Shown piece after piece: positions 1 through 11,313 of a DNA stretch of 64,000 nucleotides. Origin of the DNA: Rhizodiscina lignyota (Eukaryota); the NCBI GenBank assembly GCA_010015805.1, contig ML978136.1, positions 124,001-188,000 of the forward strand, in the 5' to 3' direction. Within the stretch, counting starts at the first letter, position 1. Each line of letters opens with the position of its first letter. Made by a program: the position numbers and the translations under genes. Under the pieces are notes generated by a model, which saw only the letters and a program-made list of their open reading frames with translations, searched no databases and was not told the origin of the DNA.

Positions 1-668
1 GCAACACTGAGAGGGGCCAAGATCAAGATATCAGTCAAAACTCCTCCGCCCCGATGCGGTCTCTACTTGATACAATGTAGGATTCGTAGCGGATTTCCCA
101 TACTCAAAGTTGTCGACCCGGCTCACAGTCCCTTGGGATATTCACTACAGTCTGCTCGAGCAGACCAGATCCTTAGCCATGTTGGAGATCAGGAAAGCAG
201 TAGCAATCGACTGAGAAGAGGCCCCTCTGCTGCTTCAGTTCAACTCGGAGCACTCTTGCTCTTTCCTGGATACCGACTATGCGGACGTAGAAAACAGGAC
301 TCCGACATGGGGCCGGAACGAAATGACGAACCCAGTACTAGTACGCGTCGCAGCAGGTCTGAATCGGCATACGAAAGCGCGTATAAGAAGTAAAATCATG
401 TTGGAGCGACTCATTATGATTTCCTCATCGGAGCTCTCGTTCCCCCGCCATTGGAAATGCCCACCGAGTAGGAGGACTTTATCGACAGGACGCACAAGTA
501 TTTCCCGACAACCCCTTCAGCCGACGACTTTCACCAGCTGTACTGCTAAGGTTGCCTACGACGGGGCGATGTTGACCGAAAGAGCACGGGGCTTATGTTA
601 GAAGAGTCGTGTTTACTACGACGATACTGGTTACATTATTTAGGGAAGAACCGCCCGCAATTTAGGAA

Positions 669-1368
669 TCAAGGAGTATCTAAACGCAGAAAGAGTTCCC
701 TGGAGATCAAATCAAGTGTAATAGTCTCCTCTTCTGCATCCTTCAACAGCCCCATGCTCATCGGCGTTGCCATCGAGCTCGCGAAACCGACACGTCTGTA
801 TACCTCGTTACCTGTGGCTATCTGGAGGATTAACGCACCCACGCGACTGTACGTCGACATTAAACAGTAATGCACTGTCTTGCCGTCATTTGTTCTTCGT
901 CTTCTATTGTATCCATGCTACGGCAATAAGATCGGACAAAATGGAAACCGCGACCGAATGACTGTAATGATCTCTTAGCTCCATTATTTGAGCCTTCCAC
1001 CATCGATGATACAACTTGGTTCGTTGATTGCCGGGATATTCATAAGGTTCTAGCAAATTCCCTCGCATTGAAAGATCTTCTACACGAGCCGGCGTAGGAA
1101 GTATTATCTCTTCTAACTCGCTACCAGCAATTGGGGCCTCAGATAGCAGCGTGAGGCTTGCCCAGTCATTCAGGAGACCCGCCATTAGTGATTGGATAGT
1201 AGATGAGCTGCTGGACTGCTCCTCCGGTGGCCATCTCGGGTGTGCCGCTATTCTGTTCTCAGCTTCTCGGAAAGACCGGCCAAGGGAAAGGGGCCTGGTT
1301 AGCCGCCAGTGAGTGCACTTGGAGGGCTGAGATTGACAAGACTGCGAATTTTCATTTGCTATCTGCAT
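669..1368 (-). pseudogene. Possible degenerate gene relic (HET-protein C-terminus-like fragment)
   Basis: Short frame-shifted ORFs; GALILQIATGNEVYRRVGFA...EEETITL resembles typical C-termini of fungal HET-domain proteins; no intact gene model. Confidence 0.22.
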
Positions 1369-4300
1369 AATGGAAGCTGGGCTAAGGGTCTTAAGGAAGT
1401 TGAGTTGGATGCTGAACTGGGAAGGCTGAACGGACGTAGAGCAATCGGGCGCTTGCAGTGTAACATATCACCAACGCTCTTAGGTGTACTCTACGGAGGA
1501 GCCAGTTTTTCGTGAGTGTATGAGGCCTGTAAAGGTGTCCCTTTCTGCGACAACGAGAAGCAAATCTTCTAAGACATGCCTAGCAAGCTACACCCTGACA
1601 GCCTCGAATGTCAAGTCACTAATATGCAGAAGCTTCTTGGAAGGGTTGAGGGCGACTGTAACAGAGTGGCTCTGTAGACTGTGTGCTCGCGGGAAAGTAG
1701 CTCCTTCATAAGGGCGAGTTTGTGTTTGTTTTACCGTGTGCGAACAAGGGCAGATATGCTTCGTAGAGAGCAGTCCTGGAAGTCAGATTGCTAGATGAAC
1801 ACTCGAAATCAGGGGAATCTCGATGCCATTCGGCGGTGAAATCCATCATGATTGTTGAACATATAAGATTGTACTCATGACACTCTTCTATCTACCACGT
1901 CGAGAGAATTACTCCGGTGTCAGAAGAAGCGCGTTTACAACGCAACGACACAAGCAACTCAATGGACCCAGAAGCATTGCGCAGGATACGAACAGCATTT
2001 CTCAATCAGGACTGTACACTGAACAAGTTCAGCTAAATACATGAACAATGTACAAGACCTGACACGGTTCTTGAGCGTTCTGTTTGTGAAACTGGTCGCA
2101 TCCGGAAAGAAGATTTATTCGCCAGCGAGCGAATACGAATTAAGCGGGATAAAAACACTTGACATTGCAGCCAGGAGCCCCTTCGGCCGGAAATTTCTTC
2201 GTGCGAGAGATAGATAGACTCGTAAAGTGACAAACACTTACCAATGTTTCGAACGGAGACTCCCGGAAATGTTGGATATGATATTGAGAAGGTGTATGCG
2301 ATGGTGTGACCCAAACTCCTTACTCATCTCAAATCTCTGAGGCACAGAAGGGGATCAAGATACTCCTGGATCACTTTGTTGAGGCCATTCGGAATTTCGG
2401 ACATTCACCTAAGGGTCGGCACTAGAGAGAGCTTTTGCAATAATAGCGCTTTTCGTCGGCACGTTGAGCAAATGAAGTCCCATTACGCTCCACTCTTTCA
2501 AAATTGCCCGTCGGTCTTCCTTCGGCGGTGGATTAGGTAGTGCTGCTGGCAACTGCAGGGTGCAAATTTTTTCGCTGCCGGTAGCACCTCGGCCAGGCCA
2601 AAGTCTTCTCTGGCCGCCCAATCGGTTTGGATAGCTGTACCGTTGTACTTCGTGTTCGTGTACCATCCACAAATGCTCAGCTTCGCATGCAAAGGTTGCG
2701 AAGAGTGCCCGTACGATGTACCTGGGCTGAACCTCTGCTTCAGATGAGGGGATAGCGCATGCGTAGCGTACCAGGACTAGACGTTTATTAATGGAATCTG
2801 ACTCTCCAGGTCCCATCCTAAAGAACTCGGATAACATGGTCCAGAGGTAAGAAAGGTGGTACCCCTCCCTCCACTACTATGTAGTGTGCGCTGGAGGCGG
2901 CAGATGGGCATTCCACGTGCCGGCTACTTCCTGATGGCGTAAGACCGTCAACTTCAACCGTGGATGGAGGATTTCTCGTAGGAGGCCCATGACTTCGGCA
3001 CCCCGCAGTTACCCTCTAAACGGCAGCAGCGCCTATGTCGAATCATAGTTTGAAACGAGCGGTGGATCCAAGCCGGGCGGACCCGACGTTGTAACGCGAT
3101 GGAGCAAGTGGACCCTCGTTGGGCATGTGTGCACACAGGCCCTGCAGAAGCGGTAAGGCTGTAATTTATACAGGAACTGTAAGTAACGGACGCAGAGTGG
3201 CCGTGGATGTATTCTGCTAGTTAGTCGGGTCTTGGCGGATGGAGTGCCGGGCTGGATGCGATCGGATAGAGGGCCGAAAGTAGCAGAACGAGCAGCGGGC
3301 TTAGTCCTTAGAGGCCTCGGCACATGTATGCTTGCGGTGGGAAGACCGTCGTCGACACACCTCATCCTGTTTGAGGCGGTGTGTGCGCGACTCGTGGGAA
3401 TAAGCTCTCCAGATGACGTTTTACGGAGGAAAGGAAATGCTGCAGCGCCAAAGTGATTGGCGTGAGCATAAGACTCGAGTATACTCTTTATAGTTCGTCG
3501 TATGAGACTCTGGCAGTGATATATCCGGCACTTACGGGCCTCGCAGCCGCGCTCCACTTTAAGGAGGGATAAACTCCAGAACCATGAGGCTGGTTTTAAG
3601 TAGGAGTGGACGAGCGCGTGGTGTCGCTCGGTAGGGAAAACTGAGAGCGACCATCGTTTCTTGGCTCCACATCGGTAAAGCTTCAGCGAACCTGGCAGAA
3701 ATGCTTATGTGGGCCGCGATAATCAAGCGAACGGAAGGAGCGATGACGATGGAGTGCAGGGTGAAAGAGGTTCGGGAGCGAGCGGGGCCAAGGGAAGAGC
3801 GAGCGAGTGAGAGATGAGGGGGGAGGACGAGAGCAAATGGGGACGAGAGGTACTCTGCCATGCTACTCCGTGGAATGGAGGCAAAGGTCGGCGCGATCAC
3901 AAGACGATCAGGGTCTCTCGAGCAGAGCTTGGTGCTGCACGCTGCGCGCAACCCTCCACGGCAGTAGAGGGTACGCGCGCGCGAGCAGACGGCGAGCGTT
4001 GAGTTGTCGCACCGACACGGTTTCATAGCGCGCCGAGCAAGAAATGATAATTGGAGAATTGCGATCAGCGGCCAAGGAAATGGCAGCTACGTAATATTTG
4101 CCAGAAGGCTCGAAGCAGGGCAGTGCGCGTGGTAATCCAGTTGACCGTAGTGAGAGGGACTAGTGAGCAGCACCCTTTACCGATTCCAGCCGACCGCAAC
4201 TACGCACTGCCTGTAATCCGTAAATTACCAAGAATTGCCAGGTATTTTTTCCCGCTTTAGTGGCGTGTTTGGCTTATGTACTCTCGCGGTGCAGCCCGTC

Positions 4301-4606
4301 AAAACGCCTACAGTCCCTCTTCCCTCGCTGCCGCTCTCATCACCGCTCTCCAGCGCCCACAACAACAGCACCAGCTCTCGCAGCGAATCTACACCTCACT
4401 GTGATCGCCACGCTGCGTCCTGCGTGAGTGTGAGCGTGAACAGTTCGGACCCTGCGCTTCCTTTGATATTCTCGGAAGCGCTGCGCCGCCACTCGCCAAG
4501 TACTGTTGTATCCGGATTCATAATCCAGGATCGCACACATCGCCACGCTTATTCGGGCGCCCTCTCGCAGATCCTTAACAGCAGCAACAACCAGCCAAGG
4601 CAAGCC

Positions 4607-4645
4607 ATGGCCTCGCTGCAACTCTCTACCGACCCTGCATTCTAA
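4607..4645 (+). promoter_or_regulatory. Upstream ORF 1 (MASLQLSTDPAF*) in putative 5' leader of the DUF2457-like gene
   Basis: gccATGg (strong context) at 4607, TAA at 4643-4645; lies in a C-rich, otherwise ATG-free stretch (4280-4999). Confidence 0.55.
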
Positions 4646-4716
4646 CAAGTTTTAAGACCTCCCCATACATCGTCGTCGTCGAGCAACAGCCTGAACCCTT
4701 CGGCATCATCTACAAC

Positions 4717-4734
4717 ATGGACAACATATTATAA
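4717..4734 (+). promoter_or_regulatory. Upstream ORF 2 (MDNIL*)
   Basis: aacATGg (strong context) ATG GAC AAC ATA TTA TAA; the only other ATG between 4280 and the main start at 5000. Confidence 0.55.
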
Positions 4735-4999
4735 CAAAGTCGGCGCCCCTTGGGGACCAGTCTTAACGACTTCTCGCTCTCCGACAACCTACTGCCCAAC
4801 CTACATCTCCATCACACCACTTCTATACGACCAGCGACCTTTTCGTCTGCTCGTACGCGCGCCCCGGGCAACGCGATTTGCATCCAAATCCATTCCCAAT
4901 CGGCTTTACTTCACCCATTCGAATCTTTTAACCATCGTCCTGTATTGTTTATTACCACCACCAATCGGCCATTGACAATCTGCAACTCAGCTCTCCTTA

Positions 5000-7384
5000 A
5001 TGGCTCACAACCACAACCGTGAGCGGATGCTCACCCCGCCTGATACCCGCTCCCTCCAAAATCAACCTACTTCTACCGAAACCGCCTCAGAAGAAGCTAA
5101 TGCCGACGTTGATGAGCCTCCGGACAATCAAAATACTCCTCGCCCTACATCGAATCTCATAAAGCCGCTACCTGCAATGCGTCCAAGGAAGCTGTCAGCG
5201 TTGACGAAAATGCTCAATTCTTCTGAGGAGAACGAATCGCTCGACGAAGAAGACGACTTGGCTTCACCATCCTCAAGAAGAGGATTCTCTACAACGTCCA
5301 CATGGAGCAATCCTAGCATCGCTTCGACGGCCGAGCTCACTAGCGACGGTCTGACCAGTCCGGACACGCGCACTAATACGCCCAGTCCACCACCTCCATC
5401 TACGGTCACCTTTCCTGCAGTCGTTTTCAACCACAAGTCCTTCCAAACCCGACCGGTTATCATCAAGGATCACTCGGATTCCATTGATCCATTACAAAAG
5501 AGCGCAACACCGGATGCCACTGCGAAGGCTTTCGAGACCGAGTTCAAACGCAAGCGATGCATCGCTTTTGCATGTGGGCGAAAAGAGGCTCCAAAGACAG
5601 AACCTCAATCAGAGCAGAAACCCGAAGTCAAGGCCGAAGAGACTCCCAAGCGTAAATGCATGCTTACCTTCGTCTGCCCCAGCAAGGCAAGCAAAGAAGA
5701 ACCAAGTGTAGTCAGGAAGCCGAGCGTTGGTAGACGTCCTAGCCCTGCCCCGAGAAATCTGAAGACTCCACCTACCACATCGCCCCATCGGCGTCGGTCT
5801 TCCGTCTCTTCGGTTCAATCCGCAATTCAGAAGCCACTTCGACAAGCATCTTCTGCAAGCCGACTGCGTCGCCTGAGCACTGCGGGGGAAGGTGATACCC
5901 TCGCAACTGAGCGCATTGCAGAGTATAGTGGAATGCGGACCGAAGATGATGACTGGATGAAGGAACGCACTTGCCATCGGAGCCGCCTTACAGTGAATGA
6001 CACGCTTAAGATTGAACTCGGACTCCAGAAGCTCGGCAAGGAAGCTGAGGAGGAGGAAGAAATCGAAGTCGAAGAAGATATGGACAACGAAGGCCTCGAG
6101 ATCGACGATGTCGACGAGGATGAAGATGTTGCAGATGAGGAGGAAGATGGCACCGCAGAGCTCACAGCAACTGGGGACGACGATGAATCTGACGATGGCT
6201 TTTATTCGGACGACGAAGGTGGTATGGTCGATTCTGACGATGATAGCGATGCGGATTCCGATTATCACTGGTGGGCACCAGGTCGGTCAACCGCTGCCAC
6301 TTCATTCGAACAGCTCGACCACATGCACTTCACCAGGCAACGCAACATGTCCGGGTCATCAATTGGTTCCATCAGCAGCACCAAAGCCATATCAGGTGAT
6401 GGGCCAGAGCCACTTTCGGATAAGAAGCTGAGGAAACAGCGCTCGATTCCAATTCGCCCTCGAGAGGCGGATCTCCCGGATAGCACAGATTTTGTCTGCG
6501 GCACCCTTGACGAAGACCGCCCAATGGAGGAATCGTACCGAAGAGAGATCGAGAAGCGTCGTGCCGCAAAACACCGTGTCTGTCCGCAGGACATCGACCC
6601 GACTTTTCCAACCTCCGACCCTGAGATGGATGAAGAGGATGACGAGGATGTCTTCGACAACCATCACGAAGACGAGAGCGACGTGCATGAGGGAGTCTTC
6701 GGTGCCTTCGAGCCTGATGACATCAAGCCTCATGATCTTCGTGGTCGCCCTCGCCATGGCCGATCTCCTGTTCCGTCCCCGCCAAAGCGTCTCCAGTCTC
6801 CTCCTCCCAGGCGTCCAACCGTGCACCGCTCTCCACCACCTCGTCGTCTTTTCGGCCAGTCCCCAAAGCGTCTCCGCTCACCTCCGCCAGCGCATCGACT
6901 TCGCTCTCCTCCACCAACGCGCCGTACATCATTTGCCAAGTCTCCTAAAAACCACATCGCCTTCCAGCATATTGCACTCGCCGAGCGTCCTCACGGTCAG
7001 CAGCTTTATTCGTCTTCTCTTCCGCGAAAACCCAATCTCCTGCAGCCACGTCGCGCGCCTTCTCCAATCCCAGATATCGAGAATGACTCTGGTGATGACG
7101 ACGTAGTTCGTGTAAATCTCCTTACCCGCGGTGCCATTGACATTGTCAAGGGCCTCGAGAAGAAGCGCCAGTTCAGGAAGGAAAAGCTCTACCAGAAGTA
7201 CTGCCGTCAGCGCGCGAATGGATCTGTCAAGCCCAAAGAAGAGAAGAGGTGTGTTCCGGGCAAAGGCGCCGAGAGAATGCGTGAAATGGGCCTCGAGCTC
7301 GCCGGACGTTGGAAAGGAGAGAAGAAGTACCAGTACGACGGCATGACCAGCACAAATGATGCACAACACATACTTTCCCTTTGA
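5000..7384 (+). CDS. Fungal DUF2457-like protein (acidic tracts, RxRSPPP repeats), 794 aa
   Basis: Single long ORF; motif LPDSTDFVCGTLDEDRP...PQDIDPTFPTSD recognised as DUF2457-like; D/E-rich centre, SPPP-repeat region. Confidence 0.8.
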   Translation: MAHNHNRERMLTPPDTRSLQNQPTSTETASEEANADVDEPPDNQNTPRPTSNLIKPLPAMRPRKLSALTKMLNSSEENESLDEEDDLASPSSRRGFSTTSTWSNPSIASTAELTSDGLTSPDTRTNTPSPPPPSTVTFPAVVFNHKSFQTRPVIIKDHSDSIDPLQKSATPDATAKAFETEFKRKRCIAFACGRKEAPKTEPQSEQKPEVKAEETPKRKCMLTFVCPSKASKEEPSVVRKPSVGRRPSPAPRNLKTPPTTSPHRRRSSVSSVQSAIQKPLRQASSASRLRRLSTAGEGDTLATERIAEYSGMRTEDDDWMKERTCHRSRLTVNDTLKIELGLQKLGKEAEEEEEIEVEEDMDNEGLEIDDVDEDEDVADEEEDGTAELTATGDDDESDDGFYSDDEGGMVDSDDDSDADSDYHWWAPGRSTAATSFEQLDHMHFTRQRNMSGSSIGSISSTKAISGDGPEPLSDKKLRKQRSIPIRPREADLPDSTDFVCGTLDEDRPMEESYRREIEKRRAAKHRVCPQDIDPTFPTSDPEMDEEDDEDVFDNHHEDESDVHEGVFGAFEPDDIKPHDLRGRPRHGRSPVPSPPKRLQSPPPRRPTVHRSPPPRRLFGQSPKRLRSPPPAHRLRSPPPTRRTSFAKSPKNHIAFQHIALAERPHGQQLYSSSLPRKPNLLQPRRAPSPIPDIENDSGDDDVVRVNLLTRGAIDIVKGLEKKRQFRKEKLYQKYCRQRANGSVKPKEEKRCVPGKGAERMREMGLELAGRWKGEKKYQYDGMTSTNDAQHILSL

Positions 7385-8599
7385 GGCGGTTCTTCCTGAA
7401 GAGCTCGAGAGTTGAGAAAAAAGCTGGCAGTAGATGTCTTTTGGGAGAGGTGCCGCTGCCACTGAAGCAGGTGGCTTGATTCGAAGCAACTTCTGCATTT
7501 TCTGTAAATATCTTCTTCCTACGTGTTTTCTTTTACTTGCATAGCATTCGCGTCGCGTCTTTCGAGGATACCTCATGGCTGTCTACTTACGGCTTTGCGT
7601 TTCCTGGGCTAGGGTCTTTGGATTTCCTCATGGCATTTAGCGGTTGGCATTCGCTTGCTTTTGCTTTGTTTTTTCAGGCACGGTGGTGAATTCAAGTGTT
7701 TGAGGCTCGTGCGCTCTCGCTTTTGTTCTTCATTATGACGCTACGACTCACTGGCTGGCTTTCCTTCGCTTCCTCATCCTCATGGTTTGCGTAGAAGCAT
7801 GGCTCTTCTGTGATACAAAGGTACCAGGGAGATGGCCTGGTGGATAGCGTTGAAATATGAAAATACCAATTGATCAAGAAGATTGCATTGTGCACTTTCA
7901 CCTTCAAGCCGTCGGTTTATCAGTCTTCCATTTATGGGCAACTCTGCAAATTACCCGCATCGCCCGTCAATGTTCCACAATGGAGCCGATGACTTGCAGC
8001 GGGATCCGGAGTGTCGCCGAGCTGACGACGCTCGATTTTGTGCAGCCCTTGTCTTTATTCGTTGACATGCTCCGAGAGCCTCACTCTCCACTCCCCAAAA
8101 GCAGGTATTTTCCGAGCAATTTCCCTTGCATTCGCAGCAAAAACCCTTGCCCTGAACCTGCCTGCCTTTCTAAAGTGGCTGGTTCTTTTCCTTCCCCTCC
8201 TCCAGGACCCAGCCACCGCTAAAAATAAAGATCTGCCTTCCCAGCCTGGTGGGCGATGTTCGTTCATCTTAGGATTCTGCATAGCAAGCGCCACATTGCA
8301 CATCTACCGCGAACAGGGCAAAACTCTGATTTGCTCCACACCTAACGTTTATTGAGCCATCGAGCAAGTTTACGACCCATCGGGATTGCGCATTCCCCAT
8401 GCGTGCGGCTATGGCACAACTACAGTTGTCAGCGTTACCCGACCGCCAGGAAGCGAGGCTGAATTGCGAGGCTTGATCTGGAGAGGTAGGAATGGCGATC
8501 TCTTTTTCGACTTCACTTCTTTCTTGTTTCTAGCCGTCTGCTCGTCTCTTTCTCGTGTTATGTGAGACGCGCGCCGCGCGTTCGTCTGTCGCTATCAAC

Positions 8600-10413
8600 A
8601 TGCCCTCTGCGACTCTCAAGCCGAGAGCAGCGGCGAGAACAAGGCCCGGTCCGGCGGCGGCTCTGACGACCATCTTCACGCAGCCGGCATCATGTTCGAG
8701 TCTTGATAATCGATTTTCCACGGATATTTGCATGCCGACGTCTTGGGATGAGTATTGGTCAGCTCTGTTCGAACCCTCTTGCCTCCAACTTTTAACATAT
8801 AGCAGGTATGGAGATGCCGGCTATTATTCCCCCGCAGTATGTCCGCAAAGTTACCACGCTGCTTGTCCGAGACCGGCTGGTGGTGGTGGAGTGCGTGGAA
8901 GTGGATATGGGCCGAGAATCGGGTCGGGGGAGACGGCGGTAATATGCTGTCCTTTGTAAGTCCAATCGGGCCTCTACTAGCGCACGGTGGCATCTTCGGA
9001 CAAGCATTGACTCAATTACATTACAGAAACTACGAGTGCGTCGAGAAATCTGCATCATATTGCAGCCAAGGGTCAAGTTCCGCGTTCGCAATACAAGTAC
9101 GATGGCAATCGAGCGATATCCCGCACTTACAGGCCGCGTCGACGACAATTGATGGAATGGCGACGACGATATTAAATACAGGATTGGGAGTAGGAGCAGG
9201 AGTATCAGCTAGCATAGCGGAGCAAACTAGCTCCTCGTCAACGACCGCATCATCCCCAGCATCATCTTCTACATCAACAAGCCATGGAGGCCTCTCAACA
9301 GGCGCAAAAGCAGGCATTGGGGTTGCAGTACCAATTGCTGTTTTAAGCATCATTGCAGGAGTTCTGTACTTTCTCTGGCGTAGGAGGAGGGCAAAGAGAT
9401 TAGCCACTGCGCGTTCGACATCAGATCCACCACCGCCGGAACTGGGAAATCATGCCATAGCATATGCAACGGGACCGGGGCAAACGATGGTAACTTCTGC
9501 ACCACAAATCAGACAGCAAATACCTTCGGCAAACATGGGGCAATGGCCAATTCGGCAATCCTCACCAACGCAGCCCCAACAACCACAGCAAGCGTATCTT
9601 CCACTGGCACACCTCACGCGCGCTACTCCCGTCCAGCAATCATATCCATACTCTCAGATAATGCAGCAAACCGAAACAACAACCATTCCACAGCCTTTTC
9701 CGGCACCGATTCCACTCCACTCGCACCCCGCTTCTCCTCCACAGCAGCCGTATGACCCATCAATACAACCAACGCCACCGAATGCATATCCACCAATTCC
9801 ATCTCCACCCCCTGCACTACCGCTGATACCTTCTTCGCCACATGTTGTCTCTACTACCACCGCACCCCAAACAGAGCATCCCTACAAGGCGCCGCCCGAA
9901 ATCGCTACGGCTGCAGCGAATTCGGGCTCTAACAGCTCAAGCGATCCGGCTGCAACAAGTGACCCGACATCAACTACCTCGCTATCGTCCCCTGTCTCAT
10001 CCGAGAACTCACAAACAAGATTGGCTGTTTCTCGCCCCAACCTCGTGACTCGCTCATCTGAGAAGGCACCGATAGCAACTGCGACTGAAATCTCGCCTTC
10101 TTCACCACCTTTGAACCGCGTTACACCGTCTGAAATGGCGCCTGAGGCCACCTCTCCGCCGGGTCACTACTACCCGGAAGTCGTTAGTGTGTCCTACCCT
10201 TTTCCTCCACCACAAGACGCCCAGAGTATGAGCACTGTGCCTGAAGAGGAGGATGAGGAGATTAGAAGGATCAGGACAGAGCAGGTGAGGCTGCAAGAGA
10301 GAAGAAACAGGTTGACGCAACTTTACATGATTGATGAAGAGGAGGCCAGGCTACAGCGAGATCTGGAGATGAGAATGGCGCAGATTGCAAGGAGGAGAAT
10401 GGGGAGTCTTTGA
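8600..10413 (+). CDS. Single-pass membrane protein with N-terminal Cys-rich domain, Ser/Thr linker, Mid2/Skg6-like TM, Pro/Gln-rich tail and C-terminal coiled coil
   Basis: ATG 8600; introns ~8758-8802/8805 and 8956-9026 (GTAAGT...CAG) join CCP|LNYEC; motifs ALTTIFTQPASC, YYSPAVCP; TM GLSTGAKAGIGVAVPIAVLSIIAGVLYFLWRRRR. Confidence 0.75.
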
Positions 10414-11313
10414 GGGTATTTCTCTTTCGCTGGAGTCTGGAGTCTCGTTTCATATAATTGTACGGAAGTGGACCTTTCTCTGGCAAGTCAAAAGCATCTG
10501 CTTGACCACGGGGTGTCACAAGGCTGAGACGACCATTCACGTTTCTGTTCAATTGGAGGTCGTTGCATGGCGAGCGATAGGTTTGCACCTTCTGTTTACT
10601 CCTCCTGAGATACCAGAATTGCGTTTGAATATCACATGCCTCTTAGACGTGCTGTTTGCTCTTTCCCCAGTGCTGTCTTGGCAACCTGCAGCCTTACTCC
10701 GTGCGATATCAGCTGTCGAGTCAATACTAAGATACGCGAAACGTGGTCGTCTATAACGCTCACAACACATTCTATACACATTTATTCTAGCCACTATATC
10801 CACACGTGCATCATTTTTTTCGGGTAAGTCGCTGCAGGACGCGGCTTGCCAGTTGCCGGCTCGCGTGCCCTTTGCCAAGAGCAGACCGAAAATCTGATCT
10901 AACTCGTCTTTTCACAGGCCAATGACCTCCCGGCGAAACTATTTCATTCACCATGACGCCGCGACCGGAACCCTTCACCTGCCTGTGTCATTGCACCCAC
11001 CACCTGAGAGCCTTTGGTATATCTTCCTGAAGTTTTTGACTTCTCCATCGCCGCCATGCACGGCAATTGCTAATTGTGCAGTGCTGCACCGCTCTCGAGA
11101 ACACACCCCACCGCCCCTCTCGCCTCTGCTTGCGGCGAAAAAAAGATCACCACTCTCAGCCTTGGGGACGGACCCTTAGAGCGTTAAGCTCGGCTGTATC
11201 CGTAGTCTGCGACACTGGCCTCGCGAGCAATCTCTTCTCTTTGAGAATCCACGAGTCGAATATCCTCTTTTTCCCATCGAACTCACCGCCTCGGTAGAAG
11301 ACGAGAGACAAAG

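Noticed and set aside
3559..4026. 155-aa minus-strand ORF
   Set aside because: Pyrimidine-rich, UTR/promoter-like composition and no recognisable motif; may be a divergent non-coding transcript but unsupported
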